A model generated the notes under the pieces. It saw only the letters and a program-made list of their open reading frames with translations, was not told the origin of the DNA and searched no databases. The position numbers and the translations under genes were made by a program. A stretch of 64,000 bases of DNA, from contig CBFIBM010000005.1 of assembly GCA_965660855.1 (NCBI GenBank), positions 1,466 through 65,465 on the forward strand, written 5' to 3'. Source of the stretch: an uncultured bacterium. GTDB taxonomy: Bacteria; Fidelibacterota; Marinisomatia; Marinisomatales; UBA1611. Below, piece by piece: positions 1-10,269 of this stretch. The stretch's first letter is position 1; every line of letters begins with the position of its first letter.

Positions 1-1529
1 AATGCAGGTATTGCTGCTTCATAAATTTGAGCTTGTTTATTTAAATCAAAAGTAAGAGTCGCTAAAGTATCAAAATTGAAAGGCCTTAAAATTAAAGTTA
101 ATGGTAATTCTTTAAAAATATCTATAAAAACTAAAATAAATGAAATTAAAATTGATTTTTGAATAAGGGGTAAATTTAATTTAAATAATGTTGAAATTGG
201 GGGATTGCCCATGTTTCTTGAAGCCTCGTTGATATCTGAGCATTTTTTTTCGAAGTTTGAATCAATTGGCTGCCAAGCAACTGCTAAAAACCTGACAATA
301 TATGCAATCAATAGTGATAAAATTGTTCCTGTCATTAAGATATCTGTTATTTGATTAAATCTTGAGAAGATAAGAAGCATACCCATAGCTATTATTGCAC
401 CAGGCATAGAATAACCAAGAATAGCAAATTTATTAAAAAATTTAACAATATGACTTTGAAAATATTTTGTAGAAAATAGAAGAAATATTGATAGAATAAC
501 AATTATGGGACTTGTAATCAATGCCAAGAAAATACTGTTAACAATTATTTTAAATAGATCAAAATCTAAAAAATCTGGTGATGCTGAAATTGACCATATA
601 ATAAGTCTACTAACTGGAATGATAAAACCAAATAAGAATGGAATTGAACATAAAAAAATTAATAATTTTTTTTGATAAGAATTTAAGTTTATATACCTAT
701 GAGTCATTATAGAATCATTTTTTTGATCGAACTTTGCGTTCCCACGACTTTTTTTCTCAAGAAATAAAAAAATAAAAATAAAAAATAAGAGATAGCTCGA
801 TAGTTTTAAAGCACTATCAAAGTCATTCATACCTAACCAACTTCTAAATATCCCAACAGTAAATGTTGGAATACCAAAATATTCTACAGCACCATAGTCA
901 TTTACAGTCTCCATTACAACCAAACTCAGGCCTGCAATTATAGCAGGACGTGATAAAGGTAAAATTACTTTCCAGAAAGCATCTAATGGTGAATATCCCA
1001 AAGTATTGGCAGCTTCGATTAATTTATTACCTTGAGATAAAAATGAAGCACGAGTAGAAAGGTATACATATGGGAAGAGTACAGATGTCAAAATAAGAAT
1101 TATACATATATATACTAAAATATCATTAGTCAAATTCATAGCTTGAAAGCCTAAATATTCTCTAATTAAAATCATTAATGGATTAAAAAATTCTAAAATA
1201 TCATAATAGCTGTAAGCAGCTATATAAGTAGGAATAGTGAGTGGTAGAATAAGCGCCCATTCAAAAAATTTTCTACCTGGGAATCTACAAAATGATACAA
1301 AAAATGCGCACAGAACTCCTATAATAACTGAAAAAAAAGAGGTACCAAAAACAAGAATTGCGGTTGAAAATACATATTTACCCAGAACAGTACTCCTTAA
1401 ATGATTCCAATTTTCAGAATAATTGTCAAATTGGAACCCAATTGCTGCTATTGGTACTATAATAAAAAAACATATTATTATAGAGGTAAAGGTCCAAATA
1501 TTTAATTTGAAATAGAATTCACTCTTCAT
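1..1529 (-). CDS. fbpB: Fe3+ ABC transporter permease (FbpB/FutB), 3' end runs off the window
   Basis: Not in the ORF track. Manual translation from ATG at 1529 gives MKSEFYFKLNIWTF...WNHLRSTVLGKY..., with KELPLTLILRPFNFDTLAT near the window edge. Lies directly downstream of fbpA. Confidence 0.9.
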   Translation of the reverse strand, partial: MKSEFYFKLNIWTFTSIIICFFIIVPIAAIGFQFDNYSENWNHLRSTVLGKYVFSTAILVFGTSFFSVIIGVLCAFFVSFCRFPGRKFFEWALILPLTIPTYIAAYSYYDILEFFNPLMILIREYLGFQAMNLTNDILVYICIILILTSVLFPYVYLSTRASFLSQGNKLIEAANTLGYSPLDAFWKVILPLSRPAIIAGLSLVVMETVNDYGAVEYFGIPTFTVGIFRSWLGMNDFDSALKLSSYLLFFIFIFLFLEKKSRGNAKFDQKNDSIMTHRYINLNSYQKKLLIFLCSIPFLFGFIIPVSRLIIWSISASPDFLDFDLFKIIVNSIFLALITSPIIVILSIFLLFSTKYFQSHIVKFFNKFAILGYSMPGAIIAMGMLLIFSRFNQITDILMTGTILSLLIAYIVRFLAVAWQPIDSNFEKKCSDINEASRNMGNPPISTLFKLNLPLIQKSILISFILVFIDIFKELPLTLILRPFNFDTLATLTFDLNKQAQIYEAAIPA

Positions 1530-1571
1530 GTAGTGAAATAATTGATTTTTTATCATCATTCTATTCTTTAT

Positions 1572-2582
1572 TTATTCCCAACCTGCCTCATCAAATATTT
1601 TAACTGCTTTTGAATTATATTCACCAAGTTTTGAAAGATTTAATGTGTCAGATTTAAATTTTCCCCAAGATTTTAAAATAGGTGAATTACTATTTTCTAT
1701 TTTTATTGGATATTCATAATTAGCAGTTGAAAAAACTTCTTGGGAAGTTGGATTTGTAAGAAACTCTAAAAATTGAATAGCCTCTTTGATATTTTTCGAA
1801 CTAGCTGTTACTCCGGCACCACTAACATTAATATGAGAACCTCTTCCATTCTGATTTGGGAAAAATACACCTAATTTTTTAACTACATCTTGGTCTTTTT
1901 TACTAGGAGAGTTTGCCATTACACCTAAATAATATGTATTCATTATTGCGATATCAGCTAAACCCGATGCGACAGCTCTTGCTTGATCTCTATCGCTTCC
2001 TCTGGGAGATCTTGCCATATTTTCGCGAACACCCTTTGCCCATTTTAAGGCATTTTTTTCTCCATTAGCTGCAATGATTGATGCAAGAAGTGATTGATTG
2101 TAAATATTATTAGAAGACCTAACTACAATACGTCCCTTCCATTTTTTTGACGTTAAATCTTCATAAGTAGAAAGTTCAGAAGGTTTAACCTTCTCTTTAG
2201 AGTATATTATTGCTCTATTTCTAACTGTTAAACCAAACCAATAATTTTCATCATCCTTCATTGGTTTGGGTACTTGTTTTTCTAAAAGTAATGATGAAAT
2301 TGGTTGTAGTAGGTTTAAATCTTTTGCTCGTGCCAAACGACCAGCATCTACAGTTAATAATACATCTGCTGGTGATTTATTCCCTTCATTTATTAGCCTT
2401 TGGATTAGTTGATCTGCGCTTCCTTTAATAACATTAATTTCAATTCCAGTTTTTTCCGTAAAAGCTTTAAATAATAACTTATCTGAGCTGTAATGTCTAT
2501 GTGTGTAAAGGTTTATTTCTCCATATAGAAAAGATATAATTAAAAAAAGAAAACTAATTTTTAAATTTATATTACAAACCAT
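1572..2582 (-). CDS. fbpA: Fe3+ ABC transporter substrate-binding protein (FutA/FbpA)
   Basis: Motifs YTHRHY, SPADVLLTVDAGRL, NIYNQSL, MNTYY and HINVSG are typical of FutA. ATG at 2582 has a GAGGG RBS at 2587-2591. Confidence 0.92.
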   Translation of the reverse strand: MVCNINLKISFLFLIISFLYGEINLYTHRHYSSDKLLFKAFTEKTGIEINVIKGSADQLIQRLINEGNKSPADVLLTVDAGRLARAKDLNLLQPISSLLLEKQVPKPMKDDENYWFGLTVRNRAIIYSKEKVKPSELSTYEDLTSKKWKGRIVVRSSNNIYNQSLLASIIAANGEKNALKWAKGVRENMARSPRGSDRDQARAVASGLADIAIMNTYYLGVMANSPSKKDQDVVKKLGVFFPNQNGRGSHINVSGAGVTASSKNIKEAIQFLEFLTNPTSQEVFSTANYEYPIKIENSNSPILKSWGKFKSDTLNLSKLGEYNSKAVKIFDEAGWE

Positions 2583-2617
2583 CAAACCCTCGATTATGTT
2601 TTGAATAAAAACTAATT

Positions 2618-2636
2618 AATAATAAATCTCATTATC
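2618..2636 (-). promoter_or_regulatory. Putative Fur box upstream of fbpA
   Basis: Minus strand GATAATGAGATTTATTATT matches the classical GATAATGATAATCATTATC at 15/19 positions, about 35 nt upstream of an iron-uptake gene. The AT-rich background weakens the match. Confidence 0.5.
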
Positions 2637-2775
2637 AATTTATTTAATTATCTCTATTTATTAAAACTAATAAAATACTTTTTTAACATATAAGAAATAC
2701 TAAATTATTTCTTACTATTTTTCCCAGCCCGTATTGTAATAAGACAATCATATTACTTTTATAATATAAAAACAA

Positions 2776-2799
2776 AAAGCCTCGATTAATCGAGGCTTT
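2776..2799 (-). terminator. Intrinsic terminator after the tRNA-Cys/tRNA-Leu pair
   Basis: Perfect palindrome AAAGCCTCGATTAATCGAGGCTTT followed by T-rich sequence on the minus strand. A second hairpin (AAAAAGAG...CTCTTTTT) lies at about 2817-2840. Confidence 0.7.
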
Positions 2800-2849
2800 C
2801 TTGCACTTTAAAGGTAAAAAAGAGGGGTAGTACTCTTTTTCTATTCAAG

Positions 2850-2933
2850 TACCCGGGGCCGGACTCGAACCGGCACGTCCTTACGGACAATGGATTTTAA
2901 GTCCATAGTGTCTACCAATTCCACCACCCGGGC
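2850..2933 (-). tRNA. tRNA-Leu(TAA)
   Basis: GCCCGGGTGGTGGAATTGGTAGAC...ATGGA-CT-TAA-AA-TCCAT, long variable arm, GGTTCGAGTCC. CCA not encoded. Confidence 0.96.
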
Positions 2934-2942
2934 TAACATCTG

Positions 2943-3016
2943 AGGCGTCGGCCGGATTCGAACCGGCGAATGACAGTTTTGCAAACTGGTCCCTTAAACC
3001 ACTTGGGTACGACGCC
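2943..3016 (-). tRNA. tRNA-Cys(GCA)
   Basis: GGCGTCGTACCCAAGTGGT...CAGT-TT-GCA-AA-ACTG...GGTTCGAATCC...GACGCCT, U discriminator. CCA not encoded. Confidence 0.95.
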
Positions 3017-3109
3017 ATAAAACTGAAAAAAGTAGTATCTAAATTTATAACAGGTTTGGCGTTGAACAATTCCGTTTTTTTTAAAACTTTTATAATCATA
3101 AATTCATTA

Positions 3110-3340
3110 ATGGATATCGACAGATTGAATTTATATGAACGTTTAAGAGACTTCCGAGTACCAAATACAGTTTTAGATAATATTTTTTCTGAGAATAATG
3201 ATGTTAAAATTTTAGAAGAAGCTTTTCAGTCATTACTCGATGATAATTATACTAAAGATGAAGCAGCTGGAAAAATTGCTAATATTATTTTTAAAGACCT
3301 CGATATAGATCCAGATTATTTAAATGAAGTTGAAAAATAG
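3110..3340 (+). CDS. Small acidic hypothetical protein
   Basis: ORF from ATG 3110 (MDIDRLNLYERLRDFRVP...). Helical, protein-like composition. No family recognised. Confidence 0.7.
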   Translation: MDIDRLNLYERLRDFRVPNTVLDNIFSENNDVKILEEAFQSLLDDNYTKDEAAGKIANIIFKDLDIDPDYLNEVEK

Positions 3341-3702
3341 TTTTCTCTAACATTCATCTTTTCTTTCTTTTCAATAAAATATTCAAATTCCTCACCACTT
3401 AAAGCAACTTTTCTTAAGCTATCTATTTTTGGTATATGCCTAATTGCTGCATGATATCCAGATAGGCCAATATCTAGACTATCCATAATTAAATTGGAAA
3501 AATAAATTGCTTTTTGCCTTGAGTATCCTTCTCTTAAATCCAACCATAATTTTGGGCTATCTTCCATTTTACTTTCAACTAAAATTAAATGATTATCAAC
3601 AAATCGTGTTAAAATATCAGGGGATTTGCACTCTGCAAAATTCAATGATAAAACAACAAGAAAAAGTGAATTAAAAAATATTTGATAAATAGGATTAAAC
3701 AT
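3316..3702 (-). CDS. Hypothetical exported protein
   Basis: 128-aa ORF with a hydrophobic N-terminus, starting 1 nt after the oppF stop. Confidence 0.65.
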   Translation of the reverse strand: MFNPIYQIFFNSLFLVVLSLNFAECKSPDILTRFVDNHLILVESKMEDSPKLWLDLREGYSRQKAIYFSNLIMDSLDIGLSGYHAAIRHIPKIDSLRKVALSGEEFEYFIEKKEKMNVRENYFSTSFK

Positions 3703-3703
3703 A

Positions 3704-4579
3704 TTACGCTTTTGAAGATTGTCTTACTTTTTTTCTTTCATCTCTTCCTTCAGGGTTTGGTTTAGGAATAGCTCTTAGCAGCTCTTTAGTATACTCGTGT
3801 TTTGGATTATTAAAAATAGAATCAGTTTTATTAATTTCTACCAATTCTCCAGAATACATCACTCCTACCCTATCAGAAATATGCTTTACCACAGATAAAT
3901 CATGTGCAATAAATATAATTGATAAATTTAGCTCTTCTTGAAGATCCATCATTAAATTAATTATTTGTGCTTGAATTGAAACATCTAATGCAGATACCGA
4001 TTCATCAGCAATTATTATCTCTGGATCAGTAGCAAGAGCACGTGCAATTGCAATTCTTTGTCTTTGTCCTCCAGAAAATTCATGAGGATATCTATTTGAT
4101 TGTTCTTGCGATAAACCTACTTTATTAAGTAACCATTTAATTTTTTCTAATTTTTTGTTTTTTGTAAGATCATCATTTATATCAAGTGGTTCTTTAATGA
4201 TATCTTTGACTAACATCCTTGGATTTAACGAGGAATATGGATCTTGAAAAATCATCTGAATGTGCCTTCTAAACGGCTTAATTTTTTTTCTGGATAAATT
4301 CAATAAATCAATTTGATTTGAATCAATTGAGAGATGAACTTCTCCTGTAATCTCTACTTCAGGAGCGGTAAGTCTTAATACATTTAATATTGCGTTACCT
4401 AGTGTTGATTTTCCTGACCCAGATTCTCCTACAATTCCTAAGGTCTCTCCTTTAATAAGATTAAAGCTAACATTTTTAACTGCATGAACAGCTCCAGCTC
4501 TTCTTTGTAAAATTCCACTATAAAAAGGAAAATCTACAAAGAGATTTCGTACTTCAAGGATTGATTCTTTTTTAGACAT
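3704..4579 (-). CDS. oppF: Oligopeptide ABC transporter ATP-binding protein (OppF-like)
   Basis: Walker A GESGSGKS, QMIFQDPYSSLNP, FSGGQRQR, ADESVSALDVSIQAQ. Confidence 0.9.
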   Translation of the reverse strand: MSKKESILEVRNLFVDFPFYSGILQRRAGAVHAVKNVSFNLIKGETLGIVGESGSGKSTLGNAILNVLRLTAPEVEITGEVHLSIDSNQIDLLNLSRKKIKPFRRHIQMIFQDPYSSLNPRMLVKDIIKEPLDINDDLTKNKKLEKIKWLLNKVGLSQEQSNRYPHEFSGGQRQRIAIARALATDPEIIIADESVSALDVSIQAQIINLMMDLQEELNLSIIFIAHDLSVVKHISDRVGVMYSGELVEINKTDSIFNNPKHEYTKELLRAIPKPNPEGRDERKKVRQSSKA

Positions 4580-5564
4580 TATCGATAAGTTTTTGATTAA
4601 TTCTTACAAAATGATCTTTTTCAACCTCAATCAAGTCTGGCTCAATCTTTGTTCCTCCACAAGCACATTCATGAGCATCAAACCTTGAACATAATTTACA
4701 TTTGTCTCCGAGGTCTAAAATAGATGGAACCATTCCCTTTAAAGTTTTTAATCTTTTAGAAGAATTATCCATTTTTGGAATGGAATCCATTAATGCTTTT
4801 GTATATGGATGAATTGGGTTTTTAAATAATTCATGCACCGAAGCAACCTCATGAATTACTCCACCATACATAACGATAACCCTATCGCAAGTTTCAGCAA
4901 TTACAGCAAGGTCGTGTGTAATTAGAAGTATGGCTGCATCTTTTCGTTTCTCTTTTAACTCCATCATAAGGTCTAAAATTTGAGCTTGAATTGTAACATC
5001 CAATGCTGTAGTTGGTTCATCTGCAATAAGAAGTGAAGGATTACATTGAAGTGACATTGCAATCATAATTCTCTGACGCATTCCACCTGAAAATTGATGA
5101 GGATAATTATAAATTCGTCTCTCTGCCTCAGGAATACCAACACTTTTCAACATTTTAATGCTTTTTATAGTGGCCTCATCGGGATTAAGTCCTTTATGCT
5201 TAATTAAAATTTCATTCATTTGTGTTTGAATTTTAAGGACTGGGTTAAGGGAAGTCATTGGTTCTTGAAAGATCATTGATATATGCTTTCCTCTATATTT
5301 GCTCATCTCTTCATAACTTAGATCAAGTAAATTTTTCCCATTGTAAATTACCTCCCCACCGACAATTTTTCCTGGTGGGTTAGGTATTAATCTATTTATA
5401 GATAATGATGTAACTGATTTTCCAGAACCTGATTCACCAACTATACCTAAAACTTCATTTTTATATATATCAAATGACACATTATTAACTGCCTTGACAG
5501 TACCTGATTCTGTATAAAAATGTGTTTGAAGATTTTTTATTTGGAATAGTTTATTTTGACTCAT
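4572..5564 (-). CDS. oppD: Oligopeptide ABC transporter ATP-binding protein (OppD-like)
   Basis: GESGSGKS, FSGGMRQR, ADEPTTALDVTIQAQ, HPYT and a Cys-rich C-terminus. Confidence 0.9.
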   Translation of the reverse strand: MSQNKLFQIKNLQTHFYTESGTVKAVNNVSFDIYKNEVLGIVGESGSGKSVTSLSINRLIPNPPGKIVGGEVIYNGKNLLDLSYEEMSKYRGKHISMIFQEPMTSLNPVLKIQTQMNEILIKHKGLNPDEATIKSIKMLKSVGIPEAERRIYNYPHQFSGGMRQRIMIAMSLQCNPSLLIADEPTTALDVTIQAQILDLMMELKEKRKDAAILLITHDLAVIAETCDRVIVMYGGVIHEVASVHELFKNPIHPYTKALMDSIPKMDNSSKRLKTLKGMVPSILDLGDKCKLCSRFDAHECACGGTKIEPDLIEVEKDHFVRINQKLIDNV

Positions 5565-6610
5565 TTCAACCTCGAATAAACTTTTGGATCAAAAGCTTCA
5601 CGAACACCTTCACCTATAAAAACAATAGATAATAAAGTTAAAAATTGAGCGGATACTGGAGAAAATACCATCCACCACTTTGTAATATTCTGTAACCCAA
5701 CATCAAGCATTTGTCCCCATGATGGTGTTGGTGGTGCTAAACCAAATCCTAAATAATCTAGACCTACTAAAGCGGATATTCCTGCAACAACTGAAAATGG
5801 AAAATATGTTATAATTGGAACTAAAGAGTTTGGTAAAATATGTTTAAACATTACCTTAAAATCTGATTGCCCCATACTTAGAGCCGCTGCAACATAATCT
5901 TTTGATTTTTCCCTATAAAATTCAGCACGCATTAAGTAGGTCATACTAATCCAATTAACAAGAGTATAAATTCCAATTAATAAGAAAAAAGAGGGTTTTA
6001 AAATTGATGAAATTATAATAATTACAAAGAGCATAGGTAGGCTTGACCAAATTTCTATTAACCTTTGAAAAAATAAATCAAACTTTCCACCATAATATCC
6101 CATACAACCGCCTATAAGAATTCCAAAAATATAATTTAAGACAGTCAATAGAAGTGCAAAAGAGATTGAAATGTTAAAAGCGTAACATAGCCTAGAAAAA
6201 ACATCTCTTCCCGTATTATCTGTGCCCAACCAATGTTTCAGAGATGGTGGTTCATACATCTTGTTTCCATCTGAAGTTATATCTTCATATGGGGAATAAG
6301 GATAGGGTGGCAATATAAGCCAATTTTCTGAATCAGTGCTCTTAAAATTCTCTTTTAAGGATCTATATTTTGCTTCACCAGGTACATTTTGCCCAAAGGT
6401 TTCTCCAGGGATATATCCCATTAAGATAGGAAAATAATATTGATCATTGTATTTAACAATCAACGCTTTATTATTAATTATAATAGGAAGAAGAAATGAT
6501 AAAATGTAAAAAAAAGATAAGATAATTAATGAGTAATAACCTCTTTTTAACGATTTAAATTTTTGCCACCTTCTTTGAAAAATAGATTTGTTTTTGATTT
6601 TTTTATTCAT
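5561..6610 (-). CDS. oppC: Peptide ABC transporter permease (YejE/OppC-like)
   Basis: HWLGTDNTGRD, KHILPNSL, LDYLGFGLAPPTPSWG, GEGVREAFDP. Confidence 0.88.
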   Translation of the reverse strand: MNKKIKNKSIFQRRWQKFKSLKRGYYSLIILSFFYILSFLLPIIINNKALIVKYNDQYYFPILMGYIPGETFGQNVPGEAKYRSLKENFKSTDSENWLILPPYPYSPYEDITSDGNKMYEPPSLKHWLGTDNTGRDVFSRLCYAFNISISFALLLTVLNYIFGILIGGCMGYYGGKFDLFFQRLIEIWSSLPMLFVIIIISSILKPSFFLLIGIYTLVNWISMTYLMRAEFYREKSKDYVAAALSMGQSDFKVMFKHILPNSLVPIITYFPFSVVAGISALVGLDYLGFGLAPPTPSWGQMLDVGLQNITKWWMVFSPVSAQFLTLLSIVFIGEGVREAFDPKVYSRLK

Positions 6611-6611
6611 T

Positions 6612-7901
6612 TTATTTAAATCTTATTCTAGGATCCACTATTGCTAATGCTAGATCTGATATAATATTTCCAATTAGTCTAATTATAACAACAATAACTA
6701 AAAATCCAAGTGTAATTGGGTAATCTCTTGACAATATAGCTTCATATGCCAATCTCCCAAAACCATCAATATTAAACATTCTTTCAATAAAATATGATCC
6801 AGCAATGACAACTCCTAAAATATGACCAATTCCAGAAGCAATTGGAATGAGACTATTTCGTATAGCATGTAGCCAAATTACTCTTTTTTCACTAAGTCCT
6901 TTTGCAAATGCTGTACGAATGTAATCTTGGCTTAAGTTCTCCATGAGACTATTTTTCATTAAAACAGTCATAGTAGCAAAGCTACCTATAGTCCATGCTA
7001 TGACTGGTAGAATCATATGATGAACTTGATCAATAAATTTTTGAATTGGAGTTAATGTTTCCCAGATTTCAGATGGACTTCTAAAACCGCCTAACGGAAA
7101 AATATCAAAAAAACTACCACCTCCAAATAAAACTAATAGAACACCACCAAGTGCCCATCCAGGTATTGAATATGCAACAAAAATAGCAACGCTTGATCCA
7201 AAATCAAATGCTGAACCATGATTAAGAGCTTTCTTTATTCCTAACGGAATACAAATTAGGTATGAAATAAGAATTCCAGTTAAACCATATAATAATGAAA
7301 TCTTAAATCTTGGTCGCATTACTTCAGTAACGGGCTGTAAATAGGTATATGATTTTCCTAGGTTACCTGTTAAGATACCCGAAAATTCTTTTTGAAATAT
7401 TACAGAACTCAAATTGCCATTTGTTTCAACTTTTTCAATTTTAGCATGCCATGGGGACTTTATTTTTTTATCTTTTTCAAAAACTTTGAGCTCGTTACCA
7501 TTGATTACATTGACATCTACTTTCCAAATTTGACCATCTTTCTTTCCCACTCTTTTCTCATAAAAGATTTCATCATAAGGAATGATAAAATCTCTATGTT
7601 TTATTTCTCTGGGCCAAATACCTAGCCAAATGAGATATCTTTGATATATAGGTTTATCAAAACCATAAAACCTTTCTAATTCTTTCATCGCTTCAGGTGG
7701 CAAAGACATACCCTCATTTGTCATGGAGGAGGATGCTCCCCCTCCTCCCTCTGAGCCCATTGCTCCACCCATTTGCATTTGAAGCATTATTTGTTCTATC
7801 GGACCTCCAGGAGCCATTTGTAAAATAATGAAAACTAAAATAGTTGATCCCAAAAATGTTGGAATCATCAACAGGATTCTTCTCAGAAAGTAAGTGGCCA
7901 A
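6612..7901 (-). CDS. oppB: Peptide ABC transporter permease (YejB/OppB-like)
   Basis: APGGPIEQ, YGFDKP, QDYIRTAFAKGL, IVDPRIRF. TTG start. Confidence 0.88.
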   Translation of the reverse strand: MATYFLRRILLMIPTFLGSTILVFIILQMAPGGPIEQIMLQMQMGGAMGSEGGGGASSSMTNEGMSLPPEAMKELERFYGFDKPIYQRYLIWLGIWPREIKHRDFIIPYDEIFYEKRVGKKDGQIWKVDVNVINGNELKVFEKDKKIKSPWHAKIEKVETNGNLSSVIFQKEFSGILTGNLGKSYTYLQPVTEVMRPRFKISLLYGLTGILISYLICIPLGIKKALNHGSAFDFGSSVAIFVAYSIPGWALGGVLLVLFGGGSFFDIFPLGGFRSPSEIWETLTPIQKFIDQVHHMILPVIAWTIGSFATMTVLMKNSLMENLSQDYIRTAFAKGLSEKRVIWLHAIRNSLIPIASGIGHILGVVIAGSYFIERMFNIDGFGRLAYEAILSRDYPITLGFLVIVVIIRLIGNIISDLALAIVDPRIRFK

Positions 7902-7909
7902 AATACTAT

Positions 7910-9832
7910 TTAATTTTTGTTATTATTCAATAAATATTGTGGCCAATATTTCATATCAATTGGAACTATTGGTAATTTTTTATCATTAGCCATGGCATCA
8001 TTTAATTGTTTTACTTTTTCATCATCAACCCACCAGTAATAAATAGCGTCCCAGTATTCTCCTACGTATCTGGATAACATCCATTCAGGATAACCAAATT
8101 TATCCCACCACATCATCCGTGAATAGTTCCTTGCAATACTAAAAGCTATTGGATGCTCTTCTCCAAAAATGCCATCAATTTCTTGAATAATTTCAATTCT
8201 TCTTTTTTGATCAAAACAGATATCATATTCATCCAATAATTCATCAACTCTTTCATTTTTAAAACCCCAAACATTGTTATTGTCATTTTGATCTGCTAAA
8301 TCTGAACGTAATGACGATTCTGGATTAGGAAAAACCAAGCCAGAATATGCTAACATACAGACATTGAAATTACGAGCATTTACATTTTTTATGGTTGTAT
8401 TGTAATCCATAAATTTTATTTGCATGTCTATTCCATATTCTTTCAACATTTGCTGTACTGGAGTGACCATGTAAGCACTGGTTTTTTGAATTGGAATCTC
8501 AAAAGAAAGAATTTTATTGGTTTCTTCTTGAACTAACCATCCATCACTATTTCTAGATGTATAACCTGCTTCTCTAAGCAATTTGATCGCTTCTTGAGGA
8601 TTATATTCAAAAGAATTATTATTTAAATTTTCATAAACAGTTCCTGAGTAGAGAGAGTTCATCATGCTATATTCATTATAATACATTTCTCTATTCATTT
8701 TTTCTCTATCATACAAATAACAAAAAGCATATCTCACTCTTTTATCATCAAATGGCCATTCTCTCATATTAAAAAAGTAGCCAGATGTTCCAGCAGGTTT
8801 TTCTGAAAAGATTCTTTGCTTTTTCATCCAACCCTTTTGTGTAGCTTCAAAATCAGTCTCTTCAATCCACCTTCTAGATCTATTGACATTGAATAAATCT
8901 TGCTCCCCTTTTTTAAATTTTTCATATTGGAGAGCATCATTGTCTTTAACAGCTGAAACTTTAATTTTATCAAAATTAAATTTGTACTTATTAAAAGGAC
9001 TATTAACAGCCCAATAGTCTTTTCTTCTATCAAAAGTATATGATTCTTGATTTTTAATTTTTTCCTCTTTTATAATATATGGTCCTGTTCCTGGAATAAC
9101 TGAAAAAGCATATTCTTCCAAGAAAGCAGTTCCATCAAGATCTTTTAGAATATGATTTGGATGCAGAGCCATTGTGGCAAAGTATAAGAAGTTCCTCCAA
9201 CTGATTGAATTTGCACGAACTGAGACTATATATTTTGATTCAGCAATAGGCCTTTCAAACTTGCCATATGTTATTTGCTCTGATGGCGATAATATAGTTT
9301 CATCCATTCTCAAATCCCAGGTTGCAATTACATCCTTCGCAGTGACTGGTTTACCATCCCACCATCTAGCATCTGGATTTATTCTAAATTTAAAAAGCAT
9401 TTTATCCTCAGAAACAAACCAATGTGAGGCAAGACTTGGAATAAAATCCAATGTCGTAGGATGTTGTGATAATAAGCCTTCATAACATAACGCACTTATG
9501 GTTCTAGAGTTCAAAACTTGACTAGAATTTTGGCCAATAATCCTCATAGTTCTCGGGAACAATGAATGAATATAATTCAAGGTTCCCCCTTTCTTAGCTT
9601 TTGGATCACCAAAGAATGTTGCGTCAATTTCTTCTGACCATTCATAAGTCACATATCCCAGTTTTTCAGAAATACTTTCAAAGCCATACCCACCATCTTC
9701 TGGAGATGTGTTTAAATCTTTCTCATATGAAAATGTTTCTGAATTTTTTACCACTTTGTTTTTGCTGTCGTTTCCTCCACAATTAAAGAAGAAGAAAACT
9801 GTAATGGTTATTAGTATAATACGTTTATTCAT
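7910..9832 (-). CDS. oppA: Peptide ABC transporter substrate-binding lipoprotein (family 5, YejA-like)
   Basis: Lipobox-like FFNC, GDPKAKKGG, ARWWDGKPVTAKDV, PGTGPY, PFDDKRVR. Confidence 0.88.
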   Translation of the reverse strand: MNKRIILITITVFFFFNCGGNDSKNKVVKNSETFSYEKDLNTSPEDGGYGFESISEKLGYVTYEWSEEIDATFFGDPKAKKGGTLNYIHSLFPRTMRIIGQNSSQVLNSRTISALCYEGLLSQHPTTLDFIPSLASHWFVSEDKMLFKFRINPDARWWDGKPVTAKDVIATWDLRMDETILSPSEQITYGKFERPIAESKYIVSVRANSISWRNFLYFATMALHPNHILKDLDGTAFLEEYAFSVIPGTGPYIIKEEKIKNQESYTFDRRKDYWAVNSPFNKYKFNFDKIKVSAVKDNDALQYEKFKKGEQDLFNVNRSRRWIEETDFEATQKGWMKKQRIFSEKPAGTSGYFFNMREWPFDDKRVRYAFCYLYDREKMNREMYYNEYSMMNSLYSGTVYENLNNNSFEYNPQEAIKLLREAGYTSRNSDGWLVQEETNKILSFEIPIQKTSAYMVTPVQQMLKEYGIDMQIKFMDYNTTIKNVNARNFNVCMLAYSGLVFPNPESSLRSDLADQNDNNNVWGFKNERVDELLDEYDICFDQKRRIEIIQEIDGIFGEEHPIAFSIARNYSRMMWWDKFGYPEWMLSRYVGEYWDAIYYWWVDDEKVKQLNDAMANDKKLPIVPIDMKYWPQYLLNNNKN

Positions 9833-9924
9833 GTTTTCCCGAAAAGGTTTATTGATTTTGAAATTAAAGGTTGAAACTTAGTAAACACGAGAATAAAAAA
9901 TAGACGAAAAATTACATTCATTGC

Positions 9925-10269
9925 TTAATTAGGCTTTGTTGCTAAAACTTGGCCCATAAAATAATATGCAAATGAAACAAAAACACACATTGCATGGGTT
10001 GATGTCCATGATTGCATTTTTTTTGCTTTCTCATAATCTCTTTGCCAATCATTATAAATTAATCTTTGAATTTTTTCTTTCTCTCCTAAATTTTCGCATT
10101 CTTTTACTAATTTCTTATATCTTTTTATGTCTACTAATGGTATTGCTTTTATTCCTTTTTCTTCTGCTAAAATGATTAATGGATCATTGCATGGTAAAGG
10201 TAAACTTTGACTACATAGTTGATTAAAAATGAAAGATAAGATATAAATACTTAAAAAATACTTTTTCAT
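9925..10269 (-). CDS. Hypothetical protein with signal peptide and C-terminal hydrophobic segment
   Basis: 114-aa ORF with ATGA overlap to the upstream gene. Confidence 0.6.
   Translation of the reverse strand: MKKYFLSIYILSFIFNQLCSQSLPLPCNDPLIILAEEKGIKAIPLVDIKRYKKLVKECENLGEKEKIQRLIYNDWQRDYEKAKKMQSWTSTHAMCVFVSFAYYFMGQVLATKPN

Noticed and set aside
2943..3016. Possible tRNA-Sec
   Set aside because: Anticodon GCA, 74 nt, short variable loop: an ordinary tRNA-Cys. No selC was seen in the window.
2881..3099. 72-aa ORF
   Set aside because: Overlaps tRNA-Cys and tRNA-Leu; it is a translation of RNA genes.
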